Source: an uncultured Gammaproteobacteria bacterium (lineage in GTDB: Bacteria > Patescibacteriota > Patescibacteriia > 2-01-FULL-39-33). From it: a stretch of 64,000 bases of DNA. The notes under the pieces were generated by a model. That model was not told the DNA's origin, made no database searches, and worked only from the letters and a program-made list of their open reading frames with translations. Positions within the stretch are counted from its first letter, which is position 1, and every line of letters starts with the position of its first letter. Location: the NCBI GenBank assembly GCA_964573235.1, contig CAZNIV010000001.1, positions 3,709 to 67,708 of the forward strand, given 5' to 3'. Position numbers and translations under genes: made by a program. Shown here in pieces: positions 36,921-45,251 of this stretch.

Positions 36921-37980
36921 ACCAACTAATAATTTTTTGTACTAACTTCAGATAAATTTCCATTATCGGATTGGCCACATAGGTAATTAAAAAATATTGA
37001 AGATCTTGAAATTTTATGGAACCAACATACAATCGAATAATTTCTTTATCTGTTACTTTGCGCAATTTACGCTGTACCATATTTCGACGCTTCAAAATAG
37101 AACCTAAGCGCGATAAAACCCACATGTCGCCAGCCAGCTTTTCTTTAAACCAACCATTTTTAAGAGCATAAACAAACATACCCAATTCTACTACTAACAA
37201 AATTGGCGATAATAATAACAATGTTCGCCATTTATAATTTTCCAACATCACAATATGGCGATTGCGTTCCATGTAATAAAATTTATACTTCGCCTTACCA
37301 AAATTGTATTTATGATAAACTACAGCAAATGGATCTAATACTACTTTAAAGCCAGCTAAGCGCGTACGCCAGCCCAAATCAACATCTTCATGATACATAA
37401 ATAAGCGCTCATCAAATAAATCCCAGTCTTTCATTTTTTCTATTGCCGACATTTTTAACAAACAAGCGGCACCAGAAGCATAAGGCAATTCAAAAATTTC
37501 GTTCTTTTTATTATCTGGCTCACGATAATGATTACAAAAAGCAAAACCCAAATAATGAATGCTATTACCAAAAGAATTAATTAAATGCTTTTCTGGATGC
37601 AATAACAACTTTGGCTGAACAATGGCGATTTTTTTGTCACTTTCGGCCACTTCTACCATGTGCTCTAACCAATTTGGCTCTACAATAGTATCTTGATTTA
37701 ACAATACCGCATAATCACATGCGCTTTTTTGCGCCAAAAAGAAGCCTTGATTATTAGCCTTGGCAAAGCCAGTATTATCTTTATTTACAATCAAACGCAC
37801 CTGCGGATATTTTTCTTTAATATAGCCAACCGTACTATCGGCAGAATTATTATCAATCACAATTACCTGCAATAAATCTTGCGGATAACGACTATGGAAA
37901 ACACTATCCAAACACTCCGGCATATAGTGCCGTGCATTATAGGTAACAATAATAATGGTAATTTTTTTATGTTGAATCAT
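36919..37980 (-). CDS. Glycosyltransferase family 2
   Basis: ITIIIVTYNA...VIDNNSADST GT-A signature. Confidence 0.8.
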   Translation of the reverse strand: MIQHKKITIIIVTYNARHYMPECLDSVFHSRYPQDLLQVIVIDNNSADSTVGYIKEKYPQVRLIVNKDNTGFAKANNQGFFLAQKSACDYAVLLNQDTIVEPNWLEHMVEVAESDKKIAIVQPKLLLHPEKHLINSFGNSIHYLGFAFCNHYREPDNKKNEIFELPYASGAACLLKMSAIEKMKDWDLFDERLFMYHEDVDLGWRTRLAGFKVVLDPFAVVYHKYNFGKAKYKFYYMERNRHIVMLENYKWRTLLLLSPILLVVELGMFVYALKNGWFKEKLAGDMWVLSRLGSILKRRNMVQRKLRKVTDKEIIRLYVGSIKFQDLQYFLITYVANPIMEIYLKLVQKIISW

Positions 37981-38873
37981 TGTTTTTGCGCAATAATAAT
38001 GAGTTTATTATACCGCTTTAAGGCGACTGATAGCAAATTAATCAACTCTAACACCAAGCGCGGGATAAAATATTTAATGCTCCACGGAAAAATTCTTTCT
38101 GCTCCCGTGTTTTGACTTTTGACCTCTAAAACCCTAAAACCGTGTTGAGCTAAAATATTTTTTAATGATTGCTCACTGTGAATAAATAAATGATGAATAC
38201 CAAACATCCACGACGCCGGCCAACTGATTTTTAATTTTAATAAACCTAAAATTATTAAATTAATTAGTGCGCAACTATTTGGCGTTTCAATAATTAAATA
38301 ACCATTATCTACTAAAGCAATTCGGCTTTTTTCTAATAATTTATTTTGATCACTGACATGCTCAAATAAGTCCCACATAAAAACAGCTTTAAACTTTTCT
38401 ACTGGCCAAATATCATGCAAAACATCCGCCGCCAAGGCCTTAACACCAAACTGCTTAATAGAAAATTCCACCGCTTCGCGTGATATTTCTAAGCCAATTT
38501 CTTGATAACCAGATTTCTTTAAAATATCCAAAAACATGCCGCCACCACTACCCAAATCCAACATTCTATCCCCTTTTACCCACTGGTATTTTTTAGCTAA
38601 ATTAAAAAATAATTTAACTAATTGTTGACCGTATTTAGTGCTTGCATATTGTGGTAAATCGCGATAATAATTATCGCGACTACCCGTAGAATCATACTTT
38701 TGATAATAAACTCCTAATTGCTCCTCACTAGGTAAATTTTCAGTAAACAAAAAATGGCACTTTTTACAGCGACATAAAACATAATTCCCCTGCCCAATCT
38801 GGCGATAATCCAAATACTTTTCACTCCCGCCAGAACAAACCGGACAAATCATATGATTAATTTTTCTGCTCAT
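37977..38873 (-). CDS. Class I SAM-dependent methyltransferase with N-terminal zinc-ribbon
   Basis: CPVCSGG...CRCKKCHF zinc ribbon; LDLGSGGGMF (SAM motif I). Confidence 0.8.
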   Translation of the reverse strand: MSRKINHMICPVCSGGSEKYLDYRQIGQGNYVLCRCKKCHFLFTENLPSEEQLGVYYQKYDSTGSRDNYYRDLPQYASTKYGQQLVKLFFNLAKKYQWVKGDRMLDLGSGGGMFLDILKKSGYQEIGLEISREAVEFSIKQFGVKALAADVLHDIWPVEKFKAVFMWDLFEHVSDQNKLLEKSRIALVDNGYLIIETPNSCALINLIILGLLKLKISWPASWMFGIHHLFIHSEQSLKNILAQHGFRVLEVKSQNTGAERIFPWSIKYFIPRLVLELINLLSVALKRYNKLIIIAQKQ

Positions 38874-39186
38874 CTTTTAGGGCAGACTCTTGGACAATTT
38901 TAGTAATCGCTTTTTCTAAGCGCTGAATATGCGTAATCATTCTAAACAAACCATAAAAAAGAATAATCACTGAAGAATAAACCACTAAATCTACGCCACG
39001 AGTAACCCCAACCATATTAGCTAAATAGCTAGTAATCTCTGGATGCCAAATCACTGCAATGGCACAACACCACAAAACTAACCAAAACCAAAATTGCGGA
39101 CCATTAATTTCTTTGCGTTTTAAACGGGAAATTAAAACACCGATAAAAGTAGCGATAGCTAAAATTAAAATTAATTTTATCAACAT
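38857..39186 (-). CDS. Small polytopic membrane protein (DUF2304/GtrA-like), typically partnered with polyprenyl-phosphate glycosyltransferases
   Basis: 109 aa with 3-4 TM helices, immediately downstream of a Dpm1-like GT2. The family name is from memory. Confidence 0.5.
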   Translation of the reverse strand: MLIKLILILAIATFIGVLISRLKRKEINGPQFWFWLVLWCCAIAVIWHPEITSYLANMVGVTRGVDLVVYSSVIILFYGLFRMITHIQRLEKAITKIVQESALKDEQKN

Positions 39187-39188
39187 AA

Positions 39189-39851
39189 TTATTTTTTAAT
39201 AATTAAATCCCACAAAATATTAAACGCATTAAAAACACTCTGCCCTTTTTTCTTCGAGTATTCCGTATATTCAATCGTTACTGGTACTTCTTGATATTTA
39301 ATTTTTTTATCCGCTAATTCCTGTAAAATCTCACTGGCATAGGCCTGACGATCTTGAACTAAACTAAGTTTTTTTAAAGCTTCGGCGCTCCAAGCCTGAA
39401 AACCATTGTGTACATCAGTGAGCTTTAATCCAGTAGTAAGGCGCGTAAATAATAAAGCTAATTTTAAAGTAATAAGTCGTGACCAAGGCATATTTTTAGT
39501 TTGACCTAAAAAACGCGAGCCCAAAGCCACCTGACATTGATTAGCCTGTAATGGCAGAAGTATTTTACTAATTTCTACTGGCGCCATTTGCCCATCGGCA
39601 TCAAAAAAAACTACCCGAGAAAAATTATTATTCAGAGCATATTTAATACCGGTTCGCAATGCCGATCCTTGACCGCGATTAATCATATGACGCAAAACTA
39701 TAGCCCCAGCCTCTTTAGCTAATTTAGCCGTATCATCTTTTGATCCATCATCCACTAATAAAACTTCGTAAGATAGCGCTCTTACTTGCTTCACCACTTC
39801 AAAAATTTTTTGGCCTTCGTTAAAAGCCGGAATCAAAACCAATTCTTTCAT
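39189..39851 (-). CDS. GT2 polyprenyl-phosphate sugar synthase-like (Dpm1/GtrB-like) glycosyltransferase
   Basis: 220-aa soluble GT-A domain: LIPAFNEG...LLVDDGSKDDT...DADGQ. Confidence 0.75.
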   Translation of the reverse strand: MKELVLIPAFNEGQKIFEVVKQVRALSYEVLLVDDGSKDDTAKLAKEAGAIVLRHMINRGQGSALRTGIKYALNNNFSRVVFFDADGQMAPVEISKILLPLQANQCQVALGSRFLGQTKNMPWSRLITLKLALLFTRLTTGLKLTDVHNGFQAWSAEALKKLSLVQDRQAYASEILQELADKKIKYQEVPVTIEYTEYSKKKGQSVFNAFNILWDLIIKK

Positions 39852-40873
39852 TATTGACCAAATTTATTTGTACCCAAGATATCTTTGTAGGCATTTAAAT
39901 AATCATAAGTTTCACGCAAGCCCTCATCAATCAACACAATCGGAAACCAACCAATTGCTTCTTTCATTAGGGTAATATCTGGAATTGGCTGCTTAATCAT
40001 TAGCTGATTTTTTTCTTCATAAACAATACGTAAATTCTTATCATTCAGCAAAGAAACTTTTTTAGCTAACTCACTCAAGGTAATTTTCCAATCCGAACCC
40101 AAATTAATTGGACCATTTTCTCCACGGGCCATAACCTTAACTATCCCCTTTATGACATCCTTTATATAACAATAACTACTGACCTCTTTTTCTTCACCAT
40201 AAACCGTGATTTTATTACCCAACAAAACATCCTTAATTAATTCGGGAATCATACGACCATCGTGCAAATCCATTCGCGGACCATAAGTATTAAACAAGCG
40301 CACAATTTTTGTATCCAAATTATATTGCAAACGATAATTATTCACTAAGGTTTCACCAAATCTCAAGGATTCACTATAACAAGCGCGCAAACCCAATTGA
40401 TTAACTGGGCCAATAAATTTTTCATCGATCGGCTGAGTTGGAAAAACATCAGCACAAACAGACGGCGAAGAAATATACAAAAATTTAGATTTATATTTTA
40501 CTGCTAACTCTAGCGCATTACGTAAGCCAATAGAATTAGCCATCATAGTTTCTAACGGCTTATCCATATAAAATTTCGGCGAACCCGGCGTAGCTAAAAA
40601 ATAAATTTCTTGCAAACCTTGAAAAGCCACTTCAAACTGTTTAGGTAGGGGGTAGTTTTCTAAATCCAAACCAGCCACAATATCCTGATTTATAAATTTA
40701 AAATTGGAATTTTGCAATAAGTGGGCAATATTGTCTTCTCGACCCGTTAAAAAATTATCCACACATAAAACCTTAGCACGCTGAATTAGTTCATCACACA
40801 AATGAGAACCAATAAAACCAGCACCCCCGATTACTAAAATGTTTTCTTGATTAAAAATTGCTTTTTTGACCAT
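39851..40873 (-). CDS. UDP-glucuronate decarboxylase (UXS)-like extended SDR with substituted catalytic residues
   Basis: GGAGFIGSHL Rossmann motif; collinear with UXS (GLRACYSESLRFGETL, RLFNTYGPRMDLHDGRMI). The YxxxK motif reads YSESL (Lys to Leu) and the TSE motif reads SPS. Confidence 0.75.
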   Translation of the reverse strand: MVKKAIFNQENILVIGGAGFIGSHLCDELIQRAKVLCVDNFLTGREDNIAHLLQNSNFKFINQDIVAGLDLENYPLPKQFEVAFQGLQEIYFLATPGSPKFYMDKPLETMMANSIGLRNALELAVKYKSKFLYISSPSVCADVFPTQPIDEKFIGPVNQLGLRACYSESLRFGETLVNNYRLQYNLDTKIVRLFNTYGPRMDLHDGRMIPELIKDVLLGNKITVYGEEKEVSSYCYIKDVIKGIVKVMARGENGPINLGSDWKITLSELAKKVSLLNDKNLRIVYEEKNQLMIKQPIPDITLMKEAIGWFPIVLIDEGLRETYDYLNAYKDILGTNKFGQ

Positions 40874-40880
40874 ATGTTTA

Positions 40881-42593
40881 CTATTTACGATAAATAAAAA
40901 TACTTTTTTCTAAGCCACTAATAGATGTTCCTGAATCATAATTCATGTCTGGAGCCACATCAATTACTAAATTTTGATTATCAAAACTATTAATTTCAAA
41001 GGCACCATCTGTAACTTGGCGCTTTAAACCATTTTCAATATACCATACATAGCCAGAATCTTGATACTGAATAAGTGAACCGTTGGGATATTTACTTTCT
41101 GCCGTTAAAATGCAATCACGATTATTAATATAATCAAGTTCAAAAGCATTTTGAATCAATTTAACCCGCTTTTTAAATGAATTACCATATAAAGATAAGG
41201 CTGCTGACTCATCAAAAATCTGACACAAACCAGCACCTGGAGTAACTGCGTAAGTACGAGGGCTATTTTCAAATTTAATTAATGTGCCTGCCCGCACTGT
41301 CACATTAGAACCAATTCTTAACTGATCAAACTCATCCTGACTAATAACCTTAATTCCCTGCTCTGCCCAAGTACCCTTATACCAAGTCCAATAAGTATAT
41401 TCATTAGAAAATAAGTGACGGATATTATTTTGATCAATATAATAAACTGCTGAGGAATTAGATAATTTAGCCACATATCCCCTACTTGGATCAATAGAAG
41501 CCGTTACTACACTATCTAAAGCCAACCCCGCATTAATCCGACCGGCGCCTAATTCATCCTTATAATCAACATTTTGATTATCCACTTTAACGGCCGATGA
41601 CATTAGTACATCAATAATTTGCTTAGGGGTGGCTGAAGGATCTTTGGATTTTACTAAAGCGGCCACCCCAGAAATAATTGCCGAGGCCATAGAAGTACCA
41701 TTCCAATAAGCGGAGTAATAATTTTTGAAACCTTCTTTTTGCACCGAATAAAAAGCCAAACTTTCAATAAACTCTCCTGGGGCCACCAAATCTACACAAC
41801 TATCTCCATAATTAGAAAAAATTGATTTAATATCGGTATTATCAACCGAAGCTACTCCCAAAATAATATTATTATCCGAATTATTACCATAGCAAACAGG
41901 ATATTTAGGTGTCGCATTTAAATCAATACCCTTGCCATTATCACCATTACCAACTGCCGCTACCACTAAAACACCTTTTTTACTGGCCCAATTAATTGTT
42001 TCTTGCAAGGAATCAGAAAAATTATCACCCACTAAACTTAAATTAATAATAGAGGCGCCATTATTTACCGCATACTTAATAGCATTAACCAAACTAGCCA
42101 CATTACCTTCACCATTAGAAGAAAGCACCCTTAAAGCCATGATCTTAGCATTAAAAGCAACGCCAGTTATACCTTCGCCATTATTTGCCGTAGCGGCAAT
42201 GATACCAGAAACTGCTGTACCATGGTGCATACCAAAATTATTATAACCCGTTTCAAATTTAGGTTTTGGATCGTTAGTACCAGTTATAAAATCCCAACCC
42301 CGAACATCGTCAATATAACCATTACCATCATCATCCTTCCAGTTACCTGGAATCTCTTTATTGTTAGTCCAAATATTGGATTTTAAATCTGGGTGGTCAA
42401 TATCAATACCGGAATCTAAAACCGCTACAATCACACCATCACCCTTAGCACTATCCCAAGCCTTTTCTGCATTAATCTTAGATAAATACCATTGGTCGCC
42501 ATATAATGGATCCGATGGCACATAAGCATTGACCGGCAAGGCCGACAAAAATAAGGAAAATATTATTATAAACGGTATTGTTTTTTTAAACAT
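40881..42593 (-). CDS. Secreted subtilisin-like serine peptidase (S8) with C-terminal ~190-aa conserved module shared with two giant surface proteins
   Basis: Signal peptide; Asp (AVLDSGID), His (HGTAVSG) and Ser (GTSMASA) triad motifs; C-terminal module SAVYYID...PNGSLIQYQDSGYVWYIENG. Confidence 0.85.
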   Translation of the reverse strand: MFKKTIPFIIIFSLFLSALPVNAYVPSDPLYGDQWYLSKINAEKAWDSAKGDGVIVAVLDSGIDIDHPDLKSNIWTNNKEIPGNWKDDDGNGYIDDVRGWDFITGTNDPKPKFETGYNNFGMHHGTAVSGIIAATANNGEGITGVAFNAKIMALRVLSSNGEGNVASLVNAIKYAVNNGASIINLSLVGDNFSDSLQETINWASKKGVLVVAAVGNGDNGKGIDLNATPKYPVCYGNNSDNNIILGVASVDNTDIKSIFSNYGDSCVDLVAPGEFIESLAFYSVQKEGFKNYYSAYWNGTSMASAIISGVAALVKSKDPSATPKQIIDVLMSSAVKVDNQNVDYKDELGAGRINAGLALDSVVTASIDPSRGYVAKLSNSSAVYYIDQNNIRHLFSNEYTYWTWYKGTWAEQGIKVISQDEFDQLRIGSNVTVRAGTLIKFENSPRTYAVTPGAGLCQIFDESAALSLYGNSFKKRVKLIQNAFELDYINNRDCILTAESKYPNGSLIQYQDSGYVWYIENGLKRQVTDGAFEINSFDNQNLVIDVAPDMNYDSGTSISGLEKSIFIYRK

Positions 42594-42657
42594 ATTTAAT
42601 CATCAACACTATTTTGGTTGATTATAGCAAATTAAAGCAAAAAATAACAGGGCTAAC

Positions 42658-42686
42658 TTGATTTTTAGCCTTTTTTTTGATATAAC
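42658..42686 (+). promoter_or_regulatory. Candidate sigma70-type promoter for the sugar-transferase/GT4 operon
   Basis: TTGATT, 17-nt spacer, TATAAC, lying 24 nt upstream of the ATG at 42711, within the divergent intergenic region shared with the S8 peptidase gene. Confidence 0.4.
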
Positions 42687-42710
42687 AAAGATATTAATTA
42701 CAACATTTTT

Positions 42711-44036
42711 ATGCTAAAAAGTAAAAATATTTTATTACTCTTGGGCGATTTAACCATCTTTTACTTAGCGTTAATTATCGCGCTAATTACTCGTCAACAA
42801 TACCCCCTCTCAATAAGCACTTGGGATGCCCATTTTTGGCCATTTACCATCTTTTTCTTTCTCTGGTTAGCTAATTTTTTTATTAACGGCTTTTACGATT
42901 TAAAAATCAGTTATAATAATGGATCACTACTTAATAACATTTTTAAACTATCCTTAATAAATTTTATCGTCGCCATAGTTGGATTCTATTTTGCCGCCCC
43001 TTGGCTTGGTAGCATTAAGCCACAAACCACATTAGTAATTCTAACTTTAATTGCCGCCGGAATGCTTTTTGGCTGGCGTAAACTTTTTTACAACATCATC
43101 AAATCTGAAGCTATTGCCAATAATGTTTTAATTCTTGGAAATTCCGATTTAGCACAACTACTTAATAAAGAAATCAATTCTCGCAAACAACTCGGCTATC
43201 GCGCCAATATCATTGAAGATATTCCCGAAAACCTCAAACAATACTGTATTGCCAACAACATCAATATCATTGTTCCAGTAATGGATATTAAAAATCATCA
43301 AGACTTAGCTAAAAGAATCTTTGAGTGTTTAGCCATTGGCGTAAGCGTGTACAATTTACCCCTATTTTACGAACAAATCACTGCCACCATACCAATCGAT
43401 CACATTGATCAATTCTGGTTCCTAGAAAATCTAAGCGAGAACTCCAAAAAATCTTACGACGTTATTAAGCGCGGATTAGACATATTTTTTTCTATCATTG
43501 GCATAATTATCGCTCTGCCTTTTTTGCCAATCATCGTCACTATTATTAAACTCGAAAGTGCTGGTTCGGCTTTTTTTACCCAAATTCGTACTGGCAAAAA
43601 CGGTAAGCCATTTTTAGCTCTTAAATTTCGCTCTATGATTAAAGATGCTGAAAAAAATGGAGCGCAATGGGCTACAAAAAATGATGCGCGCATTACCAAA
43701 TTTGGCTCTTTTATGCGTAAAACCAGATTAGATGAAATCCCTCAACTAATCAATGTTTTACGAGGCGAACTAAGCTTTGTTGGCCCGAGACCAGAAAGAC
43801 CTGAATTTATCGAGATATTAAGCCAAAAAATTCCTTACTATAAAGAAAGATTACTGGCAAAACCAGGCTTAACTGGCTGGGCACAACTTAACGGCCCCGC
43901 TTATGGTGGTTCTGAAGCCGAATCTAAAGAAAAAGTAAAATACGACTTATTCTATGTCAAAAACCGCTCACTCTGGCTAGATGCCTCAATTTTGCTTAAA
44001 ACCATTAAAATTGTCTTAAGCGGAAAGGGACAATAA
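42711..44036 (+). CDS. Polyprenyl-phosphate hexose-1-phosphate transferase (WbaP/CpsE-type bacterial sugar transferase)
   Basis: N-terminal TM helices and a C-terminal sugar-transferase domain (RPERPEF..., KPGLTGWAQL). Confidence 0.85.
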   Translation: MLKSKNILLLLGDLTIFYLALIIALITRQQYPLSISTWDAHFWPFTIFFFLWLANFFINGFYDLKISYNNGSLLNNIFKLSLINFIVAIVGFYFAAPWLGSIKPQTTLVILTLIAAGMLFGWRKLFYNIIKSEAIANNVLILGNSDLAQLLNKEINSRKQLGYRANIIEDIPENLKQYCIANNINIIVPVMDIKNHQDLAKRIFECLAIGVSVYNLPLFYEQITATIPIDHIDQFWFLENLSENSKKSYDVIKRGLDIFFSIIGIIIALPFLPIIVTIIKLESAGSAFFTQIRTGKNGKPFLALKFRSMIKDAEKNGAQWATKNDARITKFGSFMRKTRLDEIPQLINVLRGELSFVGPRPERPEFIEILSQKIPYYKERLLAKPGLTGWAQLNGPAYGGSEAESKEKVKYDLFYVKNRSLWLDASILLKTIKIVLSGKGQ

Positions 44037-44044
44037 AAATAAAT

Positions 44045-45193
44045 ATGGAAAACACCACCAAGCCAAAATTACTTTATGTAATCACCCAGGCGGAATGGGG
44101 CGGAGCCCAAAAATATATTTTTGATTTAGCCACTAGCGAGGAGGCCCAAAATTATGATATTACGGTCGCCATTGGTAATACAATTAACACTACCCTAATA
44201 GATAAACTAGCCGATAAGGGTATTAAAATTCACTCCCTAAAAAAATTGATACGCTCAATCAATCCCCTAAAAGACTTATCGGCTATCAGCGAACTAAAAA
44301 ATTTATTTTCCACTCTACAACCCAATATAATTCATCTCAACAGCTCTAAGGCTGGCATTATTGGTTCTTTTGCCTATCGCCTATGGAATAATATTAACTG
44401 TAGATTAATTTACACTGCTCATGGTTGGGTTTTTAACGAACCATTACCAAATTGGAAAAAAACTTTCTATTTAAATTTAGAAAAAAATACCGCTAAAGAT
44501 AAAAATCATATAATTTGTGTGGCCCAAAGCGACCAAAAAATAGCCACCGAAAAAGGTATTTTTCCACGCCAAAATTTAACCACCATTCATAATGGCATAG
44601 ATATTGCCGAAATGAAGCTATTAGAAAAATTTGAAGCGCGTCGTCTTTTAGAACTACAACCAAATGCTTATATTATTGGTACCATAGCTAATTTTTATCC
44701 CACTAAAGGTTTAAAATACCTTATAGAAGCTATGTATTATTTAGATAACAACTACAATCTACCAATTTATCTAGCCCTTATTGGCGATGGCCAACAAAAA
44801 GAAGAGCTTCTTAATTTAATTGGTAACTATAATTTAAAAAGTCGTATTTTTATTTTAGGAACCAAAGAAAATGCCGCCCAATATCTAAAAGGCTTTGATG
44901 CTTATATTTGCTCTTCAGTCAAAGAAGGTATGCCTTACTCTATTATTGAGGCTATGATGGCCGAATTACCAATAATTTCCACCAATGTGGGCGGTATCCC
45001 AGAGATGTTAGAACAAAATATTTCTGGAATTTTAATTGACCCACAAAAACCAATTTTATTAGCCGAAAATATCAAAGCATTATATGAGCATCAAGAAATT
45101 GCCGATATTTTAGCTACCAACGCCAAGAATATTGCCCAACAAAAATTTACCAAACAACAAATGATTGAACAAACATTTGCCCTATATAAATAA
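44045..45193 (+). CDS. Glycosyltransferase family 4
   Basis: GT-B fold; EGMPYSIIEAMMAELPIIST motif. Confidence 0.8.
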   Translation: MENTTKPKLLYVITQAEWGGAQKYIFDLATSEEAQNYDITVAIGNTINTTLIDKLADKGIKIHSLKKLIRSINPLKDLSAISELKNLFSTLQPNIIHLNSSKAGIIGSFAYRLWNNINCRLIYTAHGWVFNEPLPNWKKTFYLNLEKNTAKDKNHIICVAQSDQKIATEKGIFPRQNLTTIHNGIDIAEMKLLEKFEARRLLELQPNAYIIGTIANFYPTKGLKYLIEAMYYLDNNYNLPIYLALIGDGQQKEELLNLIGNYNLKSRIFILGTKENAAQYLKGFDAYICSSVKEGMPYSIIEAMMAELPIISTNVGGIPEMLEQNISGILIDPQKPILLAENIKALYEHQEIADILATNAKNIAQQKFTKQQMIEQTFALYK

Positions 45194-45205
45194 ATTTAAA
45201 CAACA

Positions 45206-45244
45206 CCAAAAAGCCGGCTACTTCGCCGGCTTTTATTATTTTCG
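45206..45244. terminator. Bidirectional intrinsic terminator between convergent GT4 (+) and Wzy_C-TPR (-) genes
   Basis: AAAA-AGCCGGC-tacttc-GCCGGCT-TTTTATTATTTT; perfect 7-bp GC stem flanked by A and T runs. Confidence 0.75.
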
Positions 45245-45251
45245 TAACCTA

